Assembly (NCBI GenBank): GCA_021778805.1 | Contig: JAJYBV010000002.1 | Span: forward strand, 18,526-82,525 | DNA from: Chloroflexota bacterium | GTDB taxonomy: Bacteria > Chloroflexota > Ktedonobacteria > Ktedonobacterales > JACDGC01 | Reading direction: 5' to 3' | DNA: 64,000 bases | Shown here: one piece after another, positions 56,985 through 64,000 of the stretch | Position numbering within the stretch: the stretch's first letter is position 1 | How the letters are laid out: every line of letters begins with the position of its first letter | Made by a program: the position numbers and the translations under genes | Notes under the pieces: generated by a model | The model's database searches: none | Told to the model about the DNA's origin: nothing | The model's input: the letters and a program-made list of their open reading frames with translations, nothing else

Positions 56985-59770
56985 AAACACAAGAACCCAA
57001 TCCATCCGATTCTTTTGTCTTTAACGATCCTCCTGCATTCCACTTATTAGCGCAAGATCTTGGTTTTGTTTCGGCGTTGCGAATTTGGCTGCGCAATCAC
57101 GCCAAAGATATTGGCGTCATAGCGATATTATGCGCGCTGCCCTTCTTAGCAGGGATACCGGTATTTTTGCATACATTTTATCCCGATCCAATGTATCAGC
57201 TGCTTTTTTTAACAAATGGCGGCCACGCCGGTATAACCCCAGGAATGTATGCGTTAGATCCCGAAGCAGGCTGGCTTTCGGAATCTTTAGGCCGGTTGGC
57301 GGCAACCGACTGGATACATGGGATAATTCCGTGGTGGAATCCATATCAAGGGGTAGGGCTGCCATTAGCGGCAGATATGCAATCCAGCGCATTTTTCCCT
57401 TTCACTATGCTGTTGCTGCTGCCAAACGGCCAGTTTATTGAAATAAAAATATTACAGATAGTGGCCGCCGCAGGCATGTATGTGTTGCTTAAAAAGCTGG
57501 GATTGCATAACGCGGCGGCAATAACCGGAGCAATATTATTTGAGTTTAACGGAACGTTGGCATGGTTTAATCATGCTGCGGCTTATCCTGTGCCATTTTT
57601 GCCCTGGATACTGTATGGAGTGGAGCAGTCGCGCAGCGCTGCTCAAAATAAAATTGTATCAGGTTGGCGCTGGCTGGCTGCGGCGCTTACCTTAGCAATA
57701 TTGGCAGGTTTTCCTGAAACCGCATATCTATATAGCTTTGTTATTATTACTTGGATTATTGTGCGATTTTGGGGATTAAACCTCCAAGAAAATTTGCGTT
57801 TTGCCGCCAACATGCTTATTGGCGCAGTGGTAGCGCTAGCATTGTGCGCGCCGCTGCTGATTGCATTTGTTGGATATATGAAAATCTCATCGATAGGGCA
57901 GCATCAGGCGGGAACAGGGCAATATATTGCGCCGCCATATGCTTTGCCAAATATATTTCTGCCATATCTTTATGGCAATATTGGAACATCATATGGCAGT
58001 CAGCCGCCGTTAAATATTTGGGCATTTGAAGGCGGATTTGTTGGCGCAGTTACGCTTGTTTTAGCGTCTTATGCGCTCTATGGCAAAAAATACCGTGCGC
58101 TGCGAATCAGCATATTGGCAATATCTGTTTTAATGCTATTAAAAACATTTGGTGTTGCGCCGATTGCGGGTTGGTTTAATTATCTACCGCTTATGGCGGA
58201 AACATATATTCCGCGCTTTGCGCCGCCGGTTTGGGAATTTTCCTTTATCTTATTAGCGGCTTTCGCCATTGAAGATATTGCAACGCAAACGTATTCAAAA
58301 ATACTTCTGATGACACATTCATTTATTTTACTGGTATTTCTTATTATTTTGCCGATGCTCTTAACCGGCCAAATTCAACCGTTATTAAACGCTCAAATGT
58401 TTGGCTCTGCATTTTATATTGGGTCTATTATCTTAGGAACTGCCGCAATTATAGCGCCGGCGTTGCTTTTATGCCTGCGTTCCATTCGCATAAAAACCTA
58501 TGCGATAGGTATTTTTGCTTCATTAGAAGCGATCGTCCTATTTACGGTTCCGGTGTTAACGGCAACGCAAAATGCAACTTTAAATTTGGCTGGAATACAG
58601 TACCTGCAACAAACAGTGGGATTGCAGCGCATGTATACACTTGGCCCAGTTGCGGCAAACTACGCCAGTTACTTTGGCTTTAACCAAATAAATACCAATG
58701 ATTTGCCAATTTCGCAGCTTTGGAGCAATTATTTCAAACAAAACGCCGACAGTTATGCCGCGCCATATTTATTAATGAGCCAACCAAGACCCTTAAATAC
58801 ACCCAGCGCCGCAAAAGAATTAATGACCCATTTAGCGGTGTTTGAAGATATGGGAGTGCAATATATCGTTGTCCCTTCGGGAGAAAATCTTTTTACCAAC
58901 ATGAATACACTGGTCGGTTTACCAATAGGAAACCAGCCGATTGCAACACTTTCTACACAAATTGCCGGCGGATTGCTTTCGTCAATAACCATTCCGGAAG
59001 GCAGTGTAGATCAATTTGCAGTATATTTCCCTGCAAATAGCGCCCCAATGCAGGGCGAATTGCATGTGCGGCTTTGCAGCTATTTGGTGTGCGAAACCGG
59101 CGCGCGCAGTATGACCCAACTTCCTGTTTCTGGCATGTTCAACATTCCCTTGGAACATCCCCTGGCTATCAACGGAGCGCAGCAGCAAATTTCTTACTTA
59201 ATTACGTTAACGGGCATAAACCAAACGATGAATCTGCCGATTTTTTCAACTCCGGCCGGGTATTCACAAAATTTAGGAACACCGGCAGGGACAATAGATG
59301 GCAATGTTGGTTTATTAGTCGGTTTACATTATGCGTCAGCTCATTTACCAGCGGCGCAAAAGGTATATGCTGATTCTGTTATGACTATCTATAAACTTGC
59401 AAATGCGGCGCCGTTTTATCAAACCACAGACATATCATGCAACATATTGCAGCAAACAGAAAACAGCGCGGATATTCAATGCAATGCGCCAACCTCATTA
59501 ACGCGCCGAGAACTTTACTTGCCCGGATGGTCGGCAACGATTAACGGTACAACTACCACTATTGCGCAAACAGATTCTATTTTCCAAAGTATTCAACTTC
59601 CCGCCGGTGTTTCACACATTCAATTTTCATACACTCCGCCAAATGAACAATGGGGATTTTTGCTTTTCCTTGCAGGATGTTTATTTTGTTTTGGCAGCGC
59701 CATCGTTGCAATCGCGCGCTTCTTCAGAAAAAAATTTTTTCCGCAAAAGCATATTTCTTATTATGCCTGA
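56978..59770 (+). CDS. large polytopic membrane protein, YfhO/GT-C-like (tentative)
   Basis: 930 aa. About 13 TM helices, then a ~330-aa beta-rich extracytoplasmic domain and a final TM helix. The start overlaps the acyltransferase stop by 7 nt. Confidence 0.6.
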   Translation: MLKTQEPNPSDSFVFNDPPAFHLLAQDLGFVSALRIWLRNHAKDIGVIAILCALPFLAGIPVFLHTFYPDPMYQLLFLTNGGHAGITPGMYALDPEAGWLSESLGRLAATDWIHGIIPWWNPYQGVGLPLAADMQSSAFFPFTMLLLLPNGQFIEIKILQIVAAAGMYVLLKKLGLHNAAAITGAILFEFNGTLAWFNHAAAYPVPFLPWILYGVEQSRSAAQNKIVSGWRWLAAALTLAILAGFPETAYLYSFVIITWIIVRFWGLNLQENLRFAANMLIGAVVALALCAPLLIAFVGYMKISSIGQHQAGTGQYIAPPYALPNIFLPYLYGNIGTSYGSQPPLNIWAFEGGFVGAVTLVLASYALYGKKYRALRISILAISVLMLLKTFGVAPIAGWFNYLPLMAETYIPRFAPPVWEFSFILLAAFAIEDIATQTYSKILLMTHSFILLVFLIILPMLLTGQIQPLLNAQMFGSAFYIGSIILGTAAIIAPALLLCLRSIRIKTYAIGIFASLEAIVLFTVPVLTATQNATLNLAGIQYLQQTVGLQRMYTLGPVAANYASYFGFNQINTNDLPISQLWSNYFKQNADSYAAPYLLMSQPRPLNTPSAAKELMTHLAVFEDMGVQYIVVPSGENLFTNMNTLVGLPIGNQPIATLSTQIAGGLLSSITIPEGSVDQFAVYFPANSAPMQGELHVRLCSYLVCETGARSMTQLPVSGMFNIPLEHPLAINGAQQQISYLITLTGINQTMNLPIFSTPAGYSQNLGTPAGTIDGNVGLLVGLHYASAHLPAAQKVYADSVMTIYKLANAAPFYQTTDISCNILQQTENSADIQCNAPTSLTRRELYLPGWSATINGTTTTIAQTDSIFQSIQLPAGVSHIQFSYTPPNEQWGFLLFLAGCLFCFGSAIVAIARFFRKKFFPQKHISYYA

Positions 59771-59991
59771 ATTGCGGTAAATCGCAACATCCCATCGCAT
59801 AAGCGCTGGGGCATTATATTTCTCAATTTTGTTACATTTGCCCTTGCAATGTTTTGATTATCACATTTTTGTGCTTTTGTTGTATAATCTCTAATGATTA
59901 TGCGAAACAAAGGAGTTTCGCGAAAGACGCTGAATAATTTGCGACTTTTGCGTTTGCTCCCTCCTGTTCGTAATATTTCTGGAGGTTATCA

Positions 59992-61092
59992 ATGACAGAT
60001 GATTTTATGCCAATCGTAAATTGGGACCATATTCAATTTTATGTCGGCAATGCAAAACAAGCCGCGTTTTTCTATAATCAAGCGTTTGGATTGGATGTTG
60101 TAGCGTATGAAGGATTAGAAACCGGCGTGCGCGACCATACCAGCTATGTGATGCAAAGCAATAAAATCCGCTTTGTGCTTACAACAGCTCAGGGACCCGA
60201 TTCACCCATTTCAGAGTTTGTGAAGCAGCACGGCGACGGCGTAAAAGATGTCGCATTTACTGTTCGCGACGCCGCCTATGCCTATGAGCAAGCTGTAAAA
60301 CGCGGCGCCAAAGGATTATCTGAACCGCAAGAATACAAGGATGAATTCGGCTCCGTAAAAAAAGCATCCATCGCGCTTTATGGCGATGTTATTCACACAT
60401 TTGTTGAGCGGCATAACTACACGGGACCTTTTTTACCCGGCTTTCGCAAAGTATCTGAAACCGCATGGCCCAAACACGGCTTCAAAGGTTTGCTAACCAT
60501 CGATCATATTGTTGGTAATGTGGAATTAGGCAAAATGAATGAATGGGTTAAATTTTACGAAGATATAATGGGATTTAAACAAATTATTCATTTTACTGAA
60601 AAAAATATCAGCACCGAGTATTCCGCGCTTATGTCTAAAGTAATGGAAGGCGGCAAAGGCAACATTAAGCTGCCAATCAACGAGCCGGCGCCCGGCCGCA
60701 AAAAATCCCAAATCGAGGAATATCTTGATTATAATTATGGTCCCGGTGTTCAACATATTGCCTTGCTGACCGATGACATTATTGAAACGGTAGCTCACTT
60801 GAAATCACGCGGCGTTGAATTTATTCATGGCGTTCCCAGTTACTATGAACATTTAACGGATCGCGTTGGCGCAATTGATGAAGACGTTGCGGCAATTGCG
60901 AAATTGGGTATTTTGGTAGATCGCGATGAAGACGGATACTTGCTGCAAATCTTCTCTCGCAATGTTGAAGACCGCCCAACAATGTTCTTTGAAATTATTC
61001 AGCGCAAAGGCGCGCGCGGATTTGGCGAAGGCAATTTTAAGGCGTTGTTTGAAGCAATTGAACGCGAACAAGAGTTACGGGGCAACCTGTAA
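59992..61092 (+). CDS. hppD: 4-hydroxyphenylpyruvate dioxygenase
   Basis: 366 aa. GGAGG RBS. Motifs HIQFYVGNAKQAA, GVQHIALLTDDI, FFEIIQRKG..GFGEGNFKALFE. Confidence 0.9.
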   Translation: MTDDFMPIVNWDHIQFYVGNAKQAAFFYNQAFGLDVVAYEGLETGVRDHTSYVMQSNKIRFVLTTAQGPDSPISEFVKQHGDGVKDVAFTVRDAAYAYEQAVKRGAKGLSEPQEYKDEFGSVKKASIALYGDVIHTFVERHNYTGPFLPGFRKVSETAWPKHGFKGLLTIDHIVGNVELGKMNEWVKFYEDIMGFKQIIHFTEKNISTEYSALMSKVMEGGKGNIKLPINEPAPGRKKSQIEEYLDYNYGPGVQHIALLTDDIIETVAHLKSRGVEFIHGVPSYYEHLTDRVGAIDEDVAAIAKLGILVDRDEDGYLLQIFSRNVEDRPTMFFEIIQRKGARGFGEGNFKALFEAIEREQELRGNL

Positions 61093-61137
61093 TAGCAGTT
61101 TTGAAGCGCCGCCATATTTGAAAGGAACATAGACGTT

Positions 61138-62295
61138 ATGCCTTCATATCATCATCTCGGATCTATTCCGCATAAACGGCACACTATGCATAAAAAGCCC
61201 GACGGCACGCTGTATTCCGAAGAGTTATTTGGCGAAGAAGGGTTTGTCGGCCTTTCTTCCCTGCTTTACCACATACAGCCGCCAACGCGGGTTTCATCTT
61301 ATGCTTCTTTAGGTAAAATTGAAACACCGGTATGGCAAATTGCCGAACACCGGCACCATCACTTTAAAACAAAATCACTTCCCAAAGGTGGAGATGCAAT
61401 AAGCGGCCGCAATATTCTCATGTTTAACGATGATGTTGCTATCGGAACCGCTTTGGTAAGCGACCCCATGGCCTATTTTTATCGCAATTCCGACGCCGAT
61501 GAACTTTTATTCATCCATAACGGCAAAGGTGTTGTGGAATCTGTCTTTGGATTGCTGCCGTTTAGTGATGGCGATTATGTAAATATTCCGCGCGGAACAA
61601 CTTATCGTATCCAAATTATGACTCCCGAATTGCGCATGCTGACTATTGAGGCGTTTCATGGCTCAATTCAGCCGCCACGCCGCTATAAAAATGAGTATGG
61701 TCAATTGCTTGAAAGCTCGCCATTTTGTGAACGCGACCTGCGCCAGCCAATGGAGCTGGAAACCCACGATGAACATGGCAGCTTTGAAGTACGAATTAAA
61801 GTGAATGGTCAATTGATGTCCTATGAATATGACTACCATCCGCTGGATGTTGTTGGCTGGGATGGTTATCTTTATCCATATGCGTTAAGCATCCATGACT
61901 TCGAGCCAATTACCTACCGCGTTCATGGTCCGCCGCCGACACACCAAACATTTGAAGGGCCGGGATTTGTTGTGTGCAGCTTTGTGCCGCGCAAGCTGGA
62001 TTACCATCCGCTTGCCGTTCCTGCGCCATATGCGCACAGCAACATCGACAGCGATGAAATGATGTATTACGTTAACGGTAACTATACAGCGCGAAAAAAT
62101 ATCGAAGAAGGCTCGATTACATTGCATCCGCGGGGTTTGGCGCATGGTCCGCAGCCTGGGGCCGCAACTGCGAGTATCGGCAGAGAATCTACCGATGAGC
62201 TTGTAGTTATGGTTGATACGTTCCGGTCACTGCAATATACCGAACATGCCCGGCAGTGCGACGACGCTGCCTACCCCATGAGCTGGAAGGCATAA
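61138..62295 (+). CDS. hmgA: homogentisate 1,2-dioxygenase (short ~385-aa form)
   Basis: 385 aa. Cupin-like. It lies directly downstream of hppD. HPRGLAHGPQPG and the general layout fit the HmgA family. Confidence 0.8.
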   Translation: MPSYHHLGSIPHKRHTMHKKPDGTLYSEELFGEEGFVGLSSLLYHIQPPTRVSSYASLGKIETPVWQIAEHRHHHFKTKSLPKGGDAISGRNILMFNDDVAIGTALVSDPMAYFYRNSDADELLFIHNGKGVVESVFGLLPFSDGDYVNIPRGTTYRIQIMTPELRMLTIEAFHGSIQPPRRYKNEYGQLLESSPFCERDLRQPMELETHDEHGSFEVRIKVNGQLMSYEYDYHPLDVVGWDGYLYPYALSIHDFEPITYRVHGPPPTHQTFEGPGFVVCSFVPRKLDYHPLAVPAPYAHSNIDSDEMMYYVNGNYTARKNIEEGSITLHPRGLAHGPQPGAATASIGRESTDELVVMVDTFRSLQYTEHARQCDDAAYPMSWKA

Positions 62296-62331
62296 ACATC
62301 ACCTAAGAATTGCAGCGAATTAGCATTTCCG

Positions 62332-62372
62332 ACGCCGTACAAGTTCTATTGGCAGCTTGCGCGGCGTTTTTT
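62332..62372 (+). terminator. rho-independent terminator after hmgA
   Basis: ACGCCG..CAAG-loop-CTTG..CGGCGT, followed by TTTTTT. Confidence 0.55.
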
Positions 62373-62484
62373 GTATTTTTTACCTAAATTCAGCTACTTG
62401 TCAGGAAAGGCATCTCGTGATATCTTAAGTACGCAGGGCAGGCAAAAAGCCTACCGATCAGGTGGATAAACACAGGAGATTTAT

Positions 62485-63396
62485 ATGGCGTTTTTATGGT
62501 TTGGGCGGCGTCCCAAAAACGTAATAGTTGTACAGGAAAAACCAGCGCCGCGATTTACCGTATTTGCCGGGCAGCGGCGGTTGGCAAATAATCCATACAT
62601 CCTTCCAAAAGATTTAACGGAAGTAAAAAGGCTTGATTTTCAGCATTTTGTATTAAAATATGGTATTCATGGTAATTATCTCGCGCCAGTAACCAATCCA
62701 ACAGCAGTGTTAGATGTAGGCTGCGGCACCGGACGCTGGGCAATGGAAATAGCCCGAGATTTTCCAAACGCAAAAGTATATGGTTTGGATGTAGTTGCAG
62801 CAGAAGATTTTACCATCGGCTATGGTCTTCAATCTAAACCGCAAAACTATACATTTTTAGAAGGAGACGCGCTTAAACCCTTGCCATTCCCCGATAATAC
62901 ATTTGACTTTACGCATCAGCGGCTCCTTATCGGCGCGGTTCCTATGGGGAAATGGCCGGAAATCATTCAAGAATTAAAGCGAGTTACGCGCCCGGGCGGG
63001 TGGATAGAGCTGGCAGAATGCGGTGTGCCGCGAGATGAACCCGGTAAGCCTTATCCTCAGCTTTGGAACACATGGATAGATTTCAGCAAAAGCCGGAATG
63101 TTGATTTTACGATGGGCAACAGCATCGGGCAATTATTGCGCGGCGCGCAGCTGATTCAGGTAAAACAGCACGAAATTATCTTCCCAATGGGTAACTATGG
63201 CGGACACATTGGTCTGATGTCTGCAACCGATTGCTTAGCAATGGGCAAAACGATGAGAAATCCCGTAATTGCTAAGGGAGTTGTGGATGAAAAAACCTAT
63301 GACACACTGTATAACGCAACCGAACAAGAATTTAATATGAATAGCGGCAAAGGTGTTCTGCCATTTTATATTGCCTATGCGCAAAAACCGCATTAA
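62485..63396 (+). CDS. class I SAM-dependent methyltransferase
   Basis: 303 aa. AGGAG RBS. Motif I LDVGCGTGRWAMEIA. Post-I/II FDFTHQRLL..LKRVTRPGGWIELAE. Confidence 0.8.
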   Translation: MAFLWFGRRPKNVIVVQEKPAPRFTVFAGQRRLANNPYILPKDLTEVKRLDFQHFVLKYGIHGNYLAPVTNPTAVLDVGCGTGRWAMEIARDFPNAKVYGLDVVAAEDFTIGYGLQSKPQNYTFLEGDALKPLPFPDNTFDFTHQRLLIGAVPMGKWPEIIQELKRVTRPGGWIELAECGVPRDEPGKPYPQLWNTWIDFSKSRNVDFTMGNSIGQLLRGAQLIQVKQHEIIFPMGNYGGHIGLMSATDCLAMGKTMRNPVIAKGVVDEKTYDTLYNATEQEFNMNSGKGVLPFYIAYAQKPH

Positions 63397-63518
63397 TATT
63401 GCGTGTATTGCGTGAAAGCTGCCTGCGTCAATCCCTATTGTACAGCAATCAATGCGGTAATTAGGCAATATCGATAATCAGGCAGATTTTCAGCGTTATT
63501 TTTGTTAGATAAAATAAC

Positions 63519-63554
63519 AGGCGCAGAAGAATATCATATATATCTTCTGCGCCT
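63519..63554. terminator. 12-bp perfect hairpin between convergent genes (bidirectional terminator candidate)
   Basis: AGGCGCAGAAGA-loop-TCTTCTGCGCCT. T-rich on the minus-strand side. Confidence 0.55.
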
Positions 63555-63572
63555 TAATACGGTATTGATAAC

Positions 63573-63818
63573 TTAGTGGACATCTTGGACTGGATTGGCA
63601 ATTGCGCATACAGTATGCGCCGCTGTAGGATCTTTGACCAATTCGCTTTGGCGCACCCCTAAAATTGAAGCCAGCCGGCGTATTAAAGTTGGTTCGGTAA
63701 TATCCTCTCCATGTTCAATATGCATAATGTCTTCTCTTGTCAGATGAGTATCTTCCGCAAGTTTGCCAATACTGATGTTCTTTTTTTGGCGAATGAACCG
63801 TAAATTTTTTAACCGCAT
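63573..63818 (-). CDS. XRE-family HTH transcriptional regulator
   Basis: The ORF extends to 63938, but GGAGG sits 10 nt before the ATG at 63818 (MRLKNLRFIRQKKNISIGKLAEDTHLTREDIMHIEHGE). Confidence 0.7.
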   Translation of the reverse strand: MRLKNLRFIRQKKNISIGKLAEDTHLTREDIMHIEHGEDITEPTLIRRLASILGVRQSELVKDPTAAHTVCAIANPVQDVH

Positions 63819-63967
63819 ACAACAATAACCTCCACATCGAGGAGTTTGCTTATCTTTAGGCGCCTTTGCCACAAGACAGCCAAACATGATAAAAGTGTTT
63901 CTATAAAAAGTTATAGCCCAGACAATCCTCATTGTCAAGATGCTCCCATCACAATTTGGCTGTTTTT

Positions 63968-64000
63968 ACTGATCTTTGATATTTTAATTAGGATGAAGAC
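63968..64000 (-). repeat. Right end of another mosaic-family copy in inverted orientation, truncated by the window end
   Basis: The reverse complement GTCTTCATCCTAATTAAAATATCAAAGATCA matches 22849-22868 and 45011-45040. Confidence 0.7.

Noticed and set aside
1-64000. tRNA, rRNA, tmRNA, RNase P, or known riboswitches upstream of purB, folD, clpC (CtsR/CIRCE boxes) or the ABC transporter
   Set aside because: Reading the intergenic regions, I found no T-loop (GGTTCGAATCC-type) or cloverleaf candidates, no rRNA-like stretches, no GGTCAAA tandem CtsR box and no TTAGCACTC-N9-GAGTGCTAA CIRCE. Only a covariance-model scan could exclude the rest.

Overview
Chromosomal window from a flagellated bacterium; the taxon cannot be determined from sequence alone. 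I support about 44 protein genes and found no rRNA, tRNA or CRISPR array. Content: housekeeping genes (purB, folD, class I aldolase, clpC-like, pepF, hppD-hmgA); signalling genes (two GAF histidine kinases, a PAS-GAF-GGDEF cyclase, mglA, an APC-permease-like::MCP fusion); a minus-strand flagellar export/rod operon fliQ-fliR-flhB-flhA-pilZ-fliA-x-flgF-flgG (44389 down to 35905); and two surface-glycan clusters with very large multidomain glycosyltransferases. The strongest non-genic signal is a family of mosaic, hairpin-rich intergenic repeats with at least 6 loci here: one complete 441-bp copy with perfect 18-bp terminal inverted repeats, tandem arrays of an 88-90-bp double-hairpin unit, deletion derivatives, and a copy cut by the window end. 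Hairpin loops occur in both orientations between copies, which suggests selection at the DNA level (REP/MITE-like), and no transposase is present in the window. Other leads: a 1.8-kb islet carrying an AbiEii-like pair and bracketed by a 33-bp duplication of the 3' end of an epimerase gene, sitting where fliP would be expected; a near-consensus sigma-28 promoter in front of the transporter::MCP fusion; a GT4-GT4-coiled-coil-methyltransferase giant protein with a 108-bp internal repeat in the coiled coil; and a PilZ membrane protein in the flhF/flhG slot. All functional calls are by-eye motif recognition; no searches were run.
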